Assembly (NCBI RefSeq): GCF_036321535.1
Contig: NC_087437.1
Coordinates: forward strand, 59,460,001 to 59,524,000
DNA length: 64,000 nucleotides
Direction: 5' to 3'
Origin: Camelus dromedarius
Lineage: Eukaryota
Shown: positions 34,125-46,574 of the stretch, piece by piece
How the letters are laid out: each line of letters opens with the position of its first letter
How positions within the stretch are numbered: the stretch's first letter is position 1
Program-made: the position numbers and the translations under genes
The notes under the pieces: generated by a model
The model's database searches: none
The model's input: only the letters and a program-made list of their open reading frames with translations
What the model was told of the DNA's origin: nothing

Positions 34125-34295
34125 ATGCTGTTTGACCTAAGCACATTAGGAGTACTTGGAGACTTTAAAAATACTGATGCCTGGGTCCCATCCCAGAGAT
34201 TCTGATTTCACTAGTCTGGGGTGTCGTTGGGCATCAGAGTTTTTAAAAGCTCCCCTGGGTGACTCTGAAGTGCAGTTAAGGTTGAGAAATCCTGG
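34125..34295. mobile_element. hAT-Charlie MITE (MER5-like)
   Basis: ttaaaaatactgatgcctgggtcccatcccagagattctgattt...ggcatcagagtttttaaaagctcccctgggtgactctgaagtgcag...ggttgagaa. Confidence 0.8.
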
Positions 34296-35749
34296 CAGAA
34301 GTACCTGTAGATTCCAGCCATTGGGGCAGAACTTTCCAATGATTACAGTAAATTAAAGCAAATTAGTAAAAACACTAAAATATATATTAAAGAGAGAAAG
34401 AGAGGAAAAAAGAAAACCAAAAAGGCAACAGCTAGGATGCAATCAAACTCTGTAGTAAAGTCCTCAAATATTTAAGCAATGCAACAATTATTTTGTAAAG
34501 AATGAGCCCACAAGTGCAGCTCTGAGGTCAGTGGAATGAGTCTGAATCATTTTGCTTGCTGGAGCCCTCAGCACAATGCCTGGCATAGAGCAGGCCTCAA
34601 GAAACATTGGCCAATGTCATCTCTTTAAGGAAAAGAGAAGGCCACAGTTCAGATTTCCCTTGGCAGCTTCTTTTCTTCTCTAAAGAAATCTGGATCATCC
34701 AAATTATCCCCCAAAGCCTTCTTAATTCCTAAGAAGGCAAACCCAATTCTTTCAATTAAAAAGTTAATTACCATTTACTGAAGTTCCTATATTCATTTTA
34801 GTTGGATTAAACTGGTAATTCAGGAGAGCTGGCTGTTCTTACATGATACGTGAGCACTTTATAAACACTGACTAATCCATATACATACTTAGAACCATTT
34901 TAAGGGACTTCAAAGTTTCACACTTTAATTAATCATAGGAGGCTATTGTTGGATAACTTTGTATGATGTGTTGTTGATCATCTTTGTGATTTATTCACTG
35001 CCAATACTTAGCAAGGACCAGACGAGGGAGGCCAATTAGGCTTAAAGTTGTTTGCCAAAACTGATAGCTCAGTTGGTAGTGCTTGGTACTACTCAATTGG
35101 TACTGCTTGGGCTACCAGATTAAAAATGATTCTGAAGCTAATCCCACGTCCAGAGGTAAAGAGTACCAAGATTGTTTAGCAATGTCTTCGAGCACACAAG
35201 ACGAGGGAATGGAGGCATGAATGCCAAGCATTTGCAGTGATCGTATTAGATCCTTTTTTTTGAAAGACAAGAGCCCTTGGTTAGCCAGTGGGCTTTGTAC
35301 TAGTCACAGGAAGTCCTGCTTATTTTCTAATCAACTATATGCCCACGTTGGAAATTCAGTGTGGGGTATAAAGTTGGTGGTTGACCTTTGGCTATGAGTC
35401 CCAGCAGAGAATTTCCCTAATAAGGTGAGGCATTTAGTTTGAGACCAACTAAATTCTGCACAATGCTTTCCAACTAAGGCCGAATAATTGCTCTCTACTA
35501 CTCATTATTCTATTTTTCATTCATTCATAATAAAGAACTTTGCTATTTGTGAGGTGTTTAAGAATATAGTACAAGCGGCCACACTCTGTTTAAAGGACAA
35601 TGGTCAATGCCCAAACTTGATGTTCAGGCTTGCACTCAGCAGTCCGTTAGACAGCTGCACGTGACATTACTGCTCCATCCCCTGTTATTTCCCACCGTTC
35701 AGCATCGTGATGCTGACAGTTTGGGCTCATTATGTAAGAGAAGAATCAG

Positions 35750-36725
35750 ATGACCATTTTGACCTGAGGAACTGGAAGGATGGAGTTGCCCATCCCAAGA
35801 TGAGGATGACTATAGGAGGAGCAGGTTTCAGGAATGTGAGTTCAGTTTTAGACGTGTGAGATTTGGATGCCTATCAAATATCCAAGTGGAGTTGTCAAGT
35901 GGGCAGTTGGATGGATGTGTCTGAAAATCCAGAGGGGGAAATATGGGCCACACACAGATATAGTTCTGAGAGTAATCAGCTTATTGATATAATTTAAAAC
36001 ATGAAACTGAATGAGATCACCAGGATAATGCTTTTAGATAAAAAAGAGATCCAAAGACTGAGCTTTGGGGTAACTTCAAGATAAAGAGGTCCAGAGATGA
36101 GGAGGAATCAGGGAAGATTGAGAAAGAGCAGGGTATAAAGTAGGACGAAAGCCAGCAGTGTGCCCTGGTAGTCAAGTAAAGAAAGTGTTTCGAGGACAAG
36201 AGGTCATTAACTAGTCAAATGCTACAGATACACCAAGTAAGGCGAAGACTGGAGAACTGACCTTTGGGCATAGCAATGTGGGCATCATTGTTTTGATGGG
36301 GTTCTGGAAGTGAAGACTCAGTTGAAGTGTGTTTAATAGATAATGGGAGGATAGAAGGTGGAAGCTGCAAGCATTAACAATGTTTTTAGGAGTTTTGCCA
36401 AAAAGAGAACGAAGTGAAATGATAGCTGGAAGGGGAAATGAGGTCAAGAGCATCTCTCTCTCTCTCTTTCTCTCTATCTCTGTTTTTAGGATGGGAGAAA
36501 TAATTGCACGTCTGTGTGTTAACATGAAAGACCCAATAGGAAGAAAAAGTTAGTGATGCAGGGGAGAGAGGGGGCATTGATGGAGCCATGTTCTTGAACA
36601 GATAAGAAGGGATGGCATTGTGTATAGGCGTGGAGGAGCTGGTTTTTTCTAGGAGAGGACGTTTCATCCACACGACTGGAAGATAAAAGGTTGATGTGAT
36701 GGGAGGTGCTTTTGCAAGATCTCAA
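35750..36725 (-). mobile_element. LINE-2 ORF2 fragment
   Basis: gagttcagttttagacgtgtgagatttggatgcctatcaaatatccaagtggagttgtcaagtgggcagttggat...gtcaaatgctacagatacaccaagtaagg, the purine-rich antisense L2 pattern. Confidence 0.8.
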
Positions 36726-37090
36726 CTGCTTAAAGACCCTTCAGTGGCTCCCTGTTGTACTACACCACAGTCCATCAAGCTCCGCCTGGGATACAGGTTA
36801 TATGTCTCTCCTCATCAACTCTTGACCCTTCTTAACCCCGCTCTCTAGTCTCTACTTACACATGTGGTTGTCTCTGCCTAGAGTGCTCTTCAAGACCCAG
36901 TTCAAATGTTGCCTCCTCTATCTCTCTGGGTTTCCAATTTATCAGCTTGAATCTGCATCATAGCCCTTTATTACACTGTCATTGTGTGTTTACCCATCTG
37001 TCTTCCCTCCAAGCTGTGACCTCCTTGACAGTAGATGCTTTGTCTTATTTGTCTCCGTATGCCGTCGCCAGGACAGTGTCTGACACAGAG
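36726..37090 (+). mobile_element. LINE-2 3' end, opposite orientation to its neighbour
   Basis: ctgcttaaagacccttcagtggctccc...ccagttcaaatgttgcctcctct...tctgtcttccctccaagctgtgacctccttga...ggacagtgtctgacacagag. Confidence 0.7.
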
Positions 37091-37144
37091 GAAGAAATAA
37101 AAATTAGAGATCCTGGAGACTGAAAAGGGTTCTATTGCATACTT

Positions 37145-37660
37145 TTTATATAAACTTTTTATTGAACCATAACACATATACAGATAAGGACACACACAAA
37201 TAAGTGTTCAGCTCTGTGTGTTTTCAAAGCAGATCTACCTTCATCAGTAAACAGAGCCTTACCAGCACCCCAGAAACTTCTCTTACACCTTCTTCGGTCA
37301 TCACCCGGGGGTAACCACTATATTGACTTCTAACATCATGGATTAATTTTGCCTGTTTTTGAACTTCATATAAATGGAATCAGTGTGTACTCTTTTATGT
37401 CTGACTTCTTTTACTCAACATTTTATTTCTGTGAGCCATCCACTGTGTGTGTGTAACAGTAACTGTTGATTCTCATGGCTGCATAGTGTTCCATTGTGTG
37501 AATATCCCACAATTATTTATCCATTCTCCTGTTGTTGGACATTGGGCTGTTTCTGGCTTTTACAAATAGCCCCACAATGAATGTTCTTGAACACATTCAC
37601 ATTCCTTTGCTGGATATAAACCAGAGAGCGGGATGGCTGGGTTATATACTCAAGTGCTAT
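37145..37660 (-). mobile_element. Old L1 3' UTR (L1MC/ME-like)
   Basis: gtaaccactatattgacttctaacatcatggattaattttgcctgtttttgaacttcatataaatggaatc...ttatttatccattctcctgttgttggacattgggctgtttc. Confidence 0.8.
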
Positions 37661-38599
37661 AAATGCTCTGTATGTTCTCATTACTCAGCAAGCCCAGGAA
37701 CAGAGGTCTAGACGCCGGAACCACACAATCCGAGTCTGTGCAACGTGGCCTCTGTCCAGCCCCTTCATTTTCATACGAGAAGCCTGAGACTCAGGTTGTG
37801 AGTGTGACTTGCCCCAGGTCTCCTCATTTCCGGACCAGTATGAATCTACACTAAGTGTTGGTCAGATACCTCTTAGTGTTCACGTGAGGGAACACTCCTC
37901 TCTCGTCCAGGAATGACCACAAGCCACTCCAATTGGTCCAAGAAACACGATTATTTATTAAGTGTCTGTAAAGTGCGGCACATGGTGTCGTATGTTTACA
38001 TGCATCATATGTTTGTGTTATGTAGTATCCCTAATCCTTATGACAACACTTCAAGACCGGTAATGTCAACTCTGCTTTTCCGATGGGAAAATGAGCTCAG
38101 AGAGGATGACTAACTTGCTCACGTTTCCACAGGAAGTTGCAGAGGTGGAATTTGCACTCTGCTTGTAACTCCTTGGGAGACAGAGGAGCCAGAATCTCTT
38201 CTGAAGCGATTGTTTGGATGCAGGGAAACACTTTCTTCCCCTCAGGCCCTAGGGCCTCTCCCAAGAATAGATAGTCCAATTTTCTATCACAGACCACGTG
38301 ACTAAAAGAAGGCCGCTCAACAAGGCGTGCACTTCATATAAACGCAGCTTTCCCTGTGAGTGATGGCCTCTAGCCATTGTGATGTAAACGCCTCTATTTG
38401 AAAGTTGCAGTGGGGGTGAGCCCATGCTCCTCCAGCTGTTCCCAGAAGCTTCTAGGACAGTGAACTTGCTGTTCAGAAGCTAACTGAACTCATTTTAGAG
38501 GAGCTAGAACACAGGCTTCGTTATTCCCAGAATCTTTGTGGATATCCCCTTCCCGCTCCGTCCCTTACCCTATAGGATACCCCCAAGAAGATAGATGAT

Positions 38600-38770
38600 A
38601 ATCATCATCATTAGGTATATATTGTGCCACGTACTGACTGATTGCTCTTACATGAATGACTTCATTTAGTCCTCCCAATAACATTTTGAGGTAGACAGTT
38701 ATTATCCCCGTTTTACAAATGAAGAAATGGATGCTTAGAAAGGTGAAGTAACTTACCTGACGGCACATGG
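38600..38770 (-). mobile_element. MIR SINE
   Basis: ttcatttagtcctccca...gaggtagacagttattatccccgttttacaaatgaagaaatggatgcttagaaaggtgaagtaacttacc. Confidence 0.8.
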
Positions 38771-39785
38771 TACGTGAATGAGCTGGGCTTCCCCACCTGC
38801 CTGCACAGCAGCTGGCTTTGCTCCCTTTGGCTGGCCTGATGCATGGATGCACCAAAGAATGCTTGCTTACTGATTGATACTGCGCTTTGATTTAGGGTTT
38901 TGTTGTTGTTTTCTTGTTTTTGTTTTTTTTAACCATTCCTCTGGGAATGTTTACAGTCTTATCACAACCACCACAAGCTAATAAAGTAAATCCTGTATTT
39001 GTGAGAACAGTTCTCCCCTACCTTCCACCTTGGAAAGAGGTAGGATTTCCTTTTCTTACTGAAATCAGCTTAAATAATCTATTTAGCTAAGAAAGAGAAG
39101 GGTGGGACAGGGAGAGCATTTCAGGGAGAATCTGGGTGTGGAGGGCACTGAAGTTGGGAGCGTGGACAGTACCAAGCAGCCATGGGGTTTGGTTTGGCTT
39201 CTAACTGCCCTCGCTGCATTGTCTTTGACCTTCCTCCAGCTTCTTCTCAGTTGATAGGGCTTCATGGCAGCAGGCGGGTGGGATCAGTGTGTTTGTGGAT
39301 CATTTTATTTTTTAATTTTAAATGTTTTTTGTGGACTATTACTTTTAGAATTTTTGAAAAACATTGAAAGGATTTGCGCTATTTTGAAATTACACATGTT
39401 GGTAGGGTATAGCTCTTCATTTTTCTGTTTGGTTATTATTTTATAAAAAGGACAAATTTTATCAGAAGAACGCTTAAGGTTTTTAGTGTTTGTCTTCTCC
39501 ACTTTACAGATGGAAATTCAGTGTATCACCAAGTGAGCCATCTCTGTGGGAATTCAGATTTCCTGCTCTTTCTAGCCTCTCTGCACTTGGCGTTAACTAA
39601 AGAGCCGCTGCTAGATCCTAGGTCCGCAGAATTAGCAGGTGACTCTCTGGGCCATATGCTGAGGAAGACGGCTGTTTTACCCATGTTCACTGAATGGGGA
39701 ATTGGAAAGGCACCTAAAAGTCTGCTGGCTTCTCTCTCTTCTCCCAAACTCCCTCCACTAACTAATGATCTTGTGCATGTATGTA

Positions 39786-39920
39786 GAGGGAGAGAGGGAG
39801 AGAGAGAGAGAGAGAGAGAACAAAAAGAGGAAGAATGAGAAGAAGGAAAAAGAAGAAGAAGAAAAGGGAAAGTAGGAGGGAGAGGGGAGGGGAGAGGGAG
39901 GGGAGGGGAGAGGGAGGGAA
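39786..39920. repeat. Purine-rich low-complexity tract (GA, GAA, GGGAG)
   Basis: Almost entirely A/G on the + strand. Confidence 0.85.
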
Positions 39921-40128
39921 AACAAGACTATACTGGGGCTTTCTGTTCCAAGGTAGGCTATAACACACAGCAAAGAACTTCCAGTCTTTTAAAATTCCCT
40001 CTGATTCTTGCCAACACCTGACATGGTAGTGGTAGGGAAAAAAAAATCTTTTGGAAGGAAAACTACTGACTAAGCCATTTCCCAAAGCCACGTCCAAAGA
40101 GATAAGCCTGGGAACAAACACTTAAGCC

Positions 40129-40227
<99 letters not shown>

Positions 40228-40229
40228 TC
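40129..40229. repeat. (CTTT)25 tetranucleotide microsatellite
   Basis: Uninterrupted run of about 100 bp. Confidence 0.95.
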
Positions 40230-40979
40230 AAATTGTTTTGTGCTTCTTTTCCCTCTGAAAATCTCATTTTACCACTGGGGCATGAATATCAATCAAGTTG
40301 GTAATGGAGTAACCTCAGATGGCAGCCAAGAGCCAACACACTAATTAAAGGCATGACCTGGCCTATGTTACTTAACCCGGCTGTATCTTAGTGTCTGCAT
40401 ATGTCAAAGCCATTTGTATGCGTCAGGGTCTATTCAGACTTGAGAGATGAAGGTTGTCAGTGTTTGGGCTGTGCTGGGAGGAGACTAGGTTTTGCAACAT
40501 CACAGGTTTATTGTCATCCCCACAGTGATCTTATAGAAATTTTGCAACAGAGATTTCCAATCTGTTCAGATGAGAAACTATTCTCAGTTTTCCCTGGTGT
40601 ACAGTGGAGATGTTGAGAATTTCAGTTATTCCTCTGATTAGAATCTAAATGGCTATCACTTTCGCGATAATATGGAGATCACCACCGCTTTGGGGCTGTT
40701 TTAATTTTCTTTTGTGTTCAGGCTTTCTACCCAAGTTACCTGGAGCAAATTAATTCAGTTAGAAGAGCTTTTATGAGGCTAATAAGATGGGACTCATCTC
40801 AAAATGCCCGAGGATCTCTAGATGAGGTGGGGGGTGATTCTTTGAAGTATAGATTATTACAAGACAGGAGCTATGTTCAATTCAGGCCTTCAAGGGTGCT
40901 CACAATTTAGCTGGGGGGCTGTGATCCTACTCTCAAGCTTATTTGATGTGCACCAATGCTAAGAATGTGCCCTTGACGC

Positions 40980-41130
40980 GGGGGTGGGGGGTAGGTATAG
41001 CTCAGTGGTAGAGCGTGTGCTTAGCATGCACAAGGTCCTGGGTTCCATCCCAATACTTCCATTAAGTAAGTAAGTAAGTAAATAAATAAATAAACCTAAT
41101 TACCACCTCCACCAAAAAAAAAAAAAAAAA
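40980..41130 (+). mobile_element. tRNA-Ala-derived SINE (Vic-1-type) with 16-bp imperfect TSD
   Basis: gtatagctcagtggtagagcgtgtgcttagcatgcacaaggtcctgggttccatcc, then (TAAG)n(TAAA)n and poly(A); flanks aagaatgtgcccttga (40961-40976) and aagaatatgcctttga (41131-41146). Confidence 0.92.
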
Positions 41131-42339
41131 AAGAATATGCCTTTGAAATGACAGTGGGGTGACATCACTAGAAGACTGTCATCCACATGTAACTTGGTCT
41201 GTACTTCAATGGCTTCTCATGTTGTTCTCGCAGCAAAGAGAAATTTCAATGTCAGGTTCTCAGATTCTGAGTCACTAAGAAGCCCTTGACTCTGAGGGTC
41301 AGCCCCAGAAGCTGAGGTCCCAAGCAGTCTGCCAGGCTTCTTGGAGGGTAGATTCAAGAGTCAGTGCCTATGCATTAATTCCCAACAAGAGCCCATTCTG
41401 TTGGTATGTGCAACGTGTTGTGCGGCAAAGTGCAAATTTTAAGAGCCTCCGAATTGTTGAGAGAAAATGTCTCGTTCAGGGAGCAACTGGAATCAGGTTC
41501 CTATCTGATCCTCTTGAATTGCTCTATTTTCTCTTGACTGCATTTAAATGATGTTTGGGGATAAAGTATGCAAATATGAGACACAGGCTGCCGCTGTGGA
41601 AACAAAGTGGGAATAATTATTACTTTGTGTTCTGAGCAAAAGAAGGTTACATATTCTAATTCTAGAGGTCTAAGAATGGAAGTTAGAAGGAATGAAAATT
41701 AAATGGAGAAGAAATATATCCTAGGGCAGAAAGGGGATCCCCAAAGTTGATGTGCCCAAGATGTCTTCATTTATTCTTTAACACCACATCAACAATCATA
41801 AATGATTTTATTTGAAAGACCTGCCTATGTTAAACTGTTAACCTACAGACTACACAGCACGCCGTGGGAACCTGCTGTGGTGGGTCATGCCCACCTTCTG
41901 GCTATCCTGAGAGGAAATGGAAAGTTTAAGTCACTGGTTTAAGTAACGGAGCCCAGAATTAAACTGCAGATGACAAAGCACTCCTTTGGCTCTGGTTGTG
42001 AAAGTTACTTTGAAGTACAAATGCTCCAACCACAGAGGGAGCAGGAGAAATTTGTCTCTTTAAGGATATTTATCCTCACCTTCTCTTTTACCACATCCCT
42101 CCTAGTTCCAAAGTCTGTTTGAGGGAGGAGGGGTCTGAAATCAGTACCCTTAGCAACAGAAAACCATAGACCGAGGGTCTACGGGGAGGCTCTTGGGAAA
42201 CTAAATAGCCCCGCCTCCTCATTATTATTCTAAGGACTTCTCGTCCCAAGGCAGGAAGGGATTTGCCCAAAGTCATAAGTTGATTGGAAAGGAACGGGGT
42301 TAAAATGCCATCATATTTGCATTTAAAAAAGATCTCTCT

Positions 42340-43015
42340 GGATATATACCCAAGAGTGGGAGTGTTGTATCATATGGTAGGTCTAGTGTTAGTTTTTTGC
42401 AGAACCTCTGTACTGTTTTCCATAGTGGCTGCACCATACATCAGCAAAAGATAAAAATGCCAACTTGAAAACACACGTGCACCCCAATGTTCAGAGCAGC
42501 AATTTTTGAAATGGTCAAGATATGGAGGCAGTCTAAGTGCTCAACAGACGAATGGATAAAGAAGATGTGATGCATACAAACACAATGGAATATTACTCAG
42601 CCATGAAAGAGAATGAAATTCTGCCATTTGCAACAGGATGGATGGATGTGGAGGATATTATGCTTAGTGAAGTCAGATAGTGAAAGACAAATTATGTTAT
42701 CACTTACACAAGAAATCTAAAAAATTAAACAAACAACTGTATATAACAAAACAGACTCACAGATAAAGAGATCAAACCAGTAGTCACCAGTGGAGAAAGG
42801 AAAAATGGGGGGGGGGGGTAAGAGATGGATAAGGCATTAAAAGAAACTAGTATGTATAGAAAAATAAGCTATAAAGATATATTGTACGGCACAAGGAATG
42901 TAGCCAATATTTTATAATAACTTTAAATGGAGTATAATCTATAAAAATATAGAATCACTATGTTGTACATCTGAAGTTAATATAGTATTATGAATCAACT
43001 ATATCTCAAAAAAAA
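42340..43015 (+). mobile_element. L1 insertion with 5' inversion (twin priming)
   Basis: 42340-42438 is antisense L1 ORF2 end; 42439-43015 is the sense continuation to the 3' end and poly(A); flanks aaaaaagatctctctg and aaaaaagtactctctg. Confidence 0.85.
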
Positions 43016-43684
43016 AAGTACTCTCTGTTGACTGTGGGTCTGAGACTCTCAAGATCACTGGGTTCTAGAAGAGCCATAGCAGTAAGCTTGGGCCAGGGTG
43101 GTAGGGGTGGACATGGAGAGGAAAGGACAGATTTGAGAGAAGGTGTCTCCCTGGCTGACCATCATGGCTAATGGATATTTCAACATATGAAAGAAAAGTT
43201 GATTTGGAAACCTGGCCAGGCCAGGGAAGGGGAGTGGAGGGATCTTGTGAATCACAGTGGCATCAACGCATGGAAGTCAGGCCTCCTTCCTTTCTCACTC
43301 AGAGAAGCCCCAGAACCTTGATCCTCGTACCCCGTAACAATTTCTTTTATCTGTAGTTCTTAAAGCATTTTGCAAAGATGCTCCAGCATGGGAAGGGGCG
43401 GGCCGGACAACTTGGCCTGCCATTAAGTGACTTGAAAAGTCGTCGATTTTGAGTGTAATTTCAAACTTGGAGGCAACTCAAGTGGATACAAGGTCACTGG
43501 TGGTGGTCATTCCACCCGAAGTAAATAGGACTCAAAGACAAGACTGGTTTGAGAAAATGGTCACAGTCCCTCATTTCCATCATGCTGAAGGAGGATGGCC
43601 CCTCACTCCTGAAATACTTTGACCTGCTCCAGAGAATTTTTGCTGCCCATTCAGGGTTTTTTCTTAATTAAAAATTTTAAAAAA

Positions 43685-43884
43685 ATTTTTATTGAAGTAT
43701 AGTTGTTTTACAATGTTGTGTTAGTTTCTGGTGTACAACATAGTGATTCACTTATACATATATTAGTATATTCCTTTTCGTATTCTTGTTCATTATAGGC
43801 TATTACAAGATATTGAATATAATTCCCTGTACTACACAGTAGGACCTTGTTTATCCATTTTACATGTAGTAGTTAGTATCGCCC
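43685..43884 (-). mobile_element. 5'-truncated L1 3' end
   Basis: tttttattgaagtatagttgttttacaatgttgtgttagtttctggtgtacaacatagtgattca...tattacaagatattgaatataattccctgtactacacagtaggacc. Confidence 0.88.
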
Positions 43885-44358
43885 AATTTTTAATATAATT
43901 TCTAATCAGTCAATTAGTCGGCATTTATTATATGCTTGCTTTAATAACATAATAACTAGGAGTTACTGAGCACATTATATCTGCCAGGTACTGCTCTAAG
44001 CCATTTACTTATAGTGACTCTGAGGGGAGGGAGGGACCTTCTTACAAATGCTGAGACTGATGCTCGGAGAGGCAGGCTGGTTGCTAAGCCAGGGCTCCAA
44101 GCATCACAGTGTGCTGCCTGCGAATCCCTTTCCTCCGTGCCCAGCACCTTGTTGGATACTACAGAGAGAAATGCATCACCAAGTCACCAGACCGTTTTCC
44201 AATTCACCAGACCTAGGAAGCTTCCTTGCACTGACAAGTCCAAAGAATTTCCTTTCTGTCCTTTCATTATCACCTCCTATTTTCCATTTTCCCCCAACTC
44301 TTGGTATCATTTGAATTTCCCCTTGTGACAGATTCCATTCTCCAACTTTCCCCATCCC

Positions 44359-44360
<2 letters not shown>

Positions 44361-44411
<51 letters not shown>

Positions 44412-44428
44412 GCACACACACGCACACA
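44361..44428. repeat. Compound (CT)n(CA)n microsatellite
   Basis: Directly visible in the sequence. Confidence 0.9.
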
Positions 44429-44692
44429 TGCAAAGGCGCAGGTGAGAGACCCTTTCTCTACCTCCTTCCTGGAAGGAGCAATCCCTGCAGAGGATGGAGG
44501 CCATTGGAGGGATACTGGCGAGCTGCGCTCTCTCTCCTCCCCTCAACCTCACCCTCCAGTGTCTGAAGGCATCTGCTCTAGGAGGAAGCTGGGCTTTGGG
44601 GAGCAGCCAGCACCCAGCCCACCAGGCCAGCCCCGTGCCCTCTTGTCCTTAACGCTGGGTGGACCCTCCACCTCTGCCCCGGGGTCTGTGGC

Positions 44693-45452
44693 TCCTGTTT
44701 CTGCTTCTGCTTTCTGGGCTTTGAGGTCTGTGCTTCCTGCTTCTGCTCCTCCTGCTGCTGCTGCAGCCTCTTCCTTTCACGGCTCCTCTCTCCTCCCTCT
44801 GTGCTTCCTCCTCCTTCCTCTTTTTCTTCTTCTCTGCTTCATTCACTTCTGTCTCCACTTTCTTTCTGCTGGGGCTGCTCCTGCTGCTCATGCTTTACTT
44901 CTGCTTCCGCTTTTTCTTCTTTCCCCTCCGCCTGCTTTTTCAGCTGCTTTGGTTTTGGCTTCAGCTTCTACTTTCTCGGCTTTGGGTTTTTCTGCTTCTG
45001 CCCCTTCTGCTGCTGCCTCTGCTTCTCCTCCTCCTCCTCTTGTCCTCCTTCCCCTCCTTCCTCACCTCCTGTCTCCTCTGCTTCTTTCACTTCAGTTCTG
45101 CTTCTTCCACTTTGGTTCTGCTTCTTCTGTTTGTGCTTCTTCTGCCTCTTAAACATCTGTTCCTGCTGCTTCTGCGTCTCCTGTTCCTGCTGCTCCTGTG
45201 TCTGCTCTGCTTTTCTGTCTCTGCTTTGGCAGCTGATGGCTTCTGCCCCCTCCCCGCCGCCCTTTTTTATTTCCTGCTGCTGCTTCTCCTTCTACTACTT
45301 CTTCTCCTCCATCTCTTCCTCCTTCCTCCTTCTCGTCTTCCTTCTTCCTCTTCTTCTGCTTTTTCTGCTTCTCTTATTTTTTCTGCTCTTCCTCCTTCTC
45401 CTCTTCCTTGTCTTCTTCCTCCTCCATTTCCTCTTCCTCCTCTTCCTGCTGC
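44693..45452. repeat. Degenerate CTN-triplet low-complexity tract (NAG on the minus strand)
   Basis: About 760 bp dominated by ctt/ctc/ctg units with very few A on the + strand. Confidence 0.85.
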
Positions 45453-46574
45453 TCAGGTTGGAAGTGCTAAGTTTGTGGTGCCTAGGAGACATCTCTCCCT
45501 ACTTCCTCTGGTGCGTCCAGTGCCCTCTAAGAGCTGCAGAATTTCTGCCAGCTTAGGACTGGCTGGTCCACCTTCAATGCAGTCTCGTTAGTAAGTGATG
45601 AATATTAACAAGAAGCTCTCACAGAGGAACAGTGCTCTGTAACTTGTTATTTAAAAACCCATTAATTCATTTGATTCTTGTAGTAGCCACAGTGGGTAGA
45701 ATGGGGGAACCAAGGTTCAGAGACATTTCCATGCTTCCCAAAGCCACTCAGAAAGGCACAGAGCTTTGTTAGAACTTAGGGTTCACTCCCTGCCCGGGTT
45801 CACAGTAGGGACTAGCAAATTTGTTTGCTTGTTTGTTTTTCAAATAAGTTTTATTTTTAAAATAAATTTGAAGTTCATAGCAAAGTTGAGTGGGAAGTAC
45901 AGAGAATTTCCACAGGGTCTTACATTTTTGCAAGGCTTAAAACGTTCCTTTGCATCTACGATTTCACTTGTTGGAGAAACATGTAGAGAAATTATCAGCC
46001 CAGAGAGAGAAGGGATTCAGCCGTGGCCACACAGCAAGGAAGTGACATCTGACCGGGGTGAGACCCCCACTATCTTGCCCAAGGACTCAGAGGGGACTAG
46101 TGCCACTCAGAAAATCAGTGGGGCAGTGAGTGGTAGGGGTTGGCACTGGGCCAGCTTTTTTCTCAGTCTATCACCAGCCCCTCTCACTCAGGTCCTGGCA
46201 TGAGAGAGACGTCCAGATCTGGTTCTCTGAACTTTTCCATCTTTAAGGAGAATTCTAGGGACTCCAATTCAGGGCAGAAAACCAATAAACATGGGAGTAG
46301 CTTTTTAAGAAAGATTCAATTGATAGGTTGAAAGTGCGTCAAGGCCGCAGGACAATTAGAGTGTGCTGGGCTCCAAACTCTGAGCAGATGCCATCCTGGT
46401 TGGGAGCCAGGCTCTGGGAGTAGAAAGGCCAGTCCTTGAGCACCAGTCCTGGCAAGGCCTCTACTGGTCTCCAGCCAGTAGCTCCTCTCTGCAGCCAACA
46501 CTGCACAGGCCCCAGGAGAACGGAAATGGAATTTGGTGAAACTCATAGCCTGCTTTTACTAACCATTATATCCC

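Noticed and set aside
40070..40267. ORF with (KKER)n; likewise the (MYVC)n ORFs at 21195-21730
   Set aside because: Translations of the (CTTT)n and (TATG)n microsatellites.
44301..45591. Plus-strand ORFs of 283, 251 and 233 aa rich in Leu/Phe/Ser/Cys/Ala, resembling membrane or keratin-associated proteins
   Set aside because: They stay open in all three frames because the + strand has almost no A and so cannot form stop codons; this is a composition artefact.
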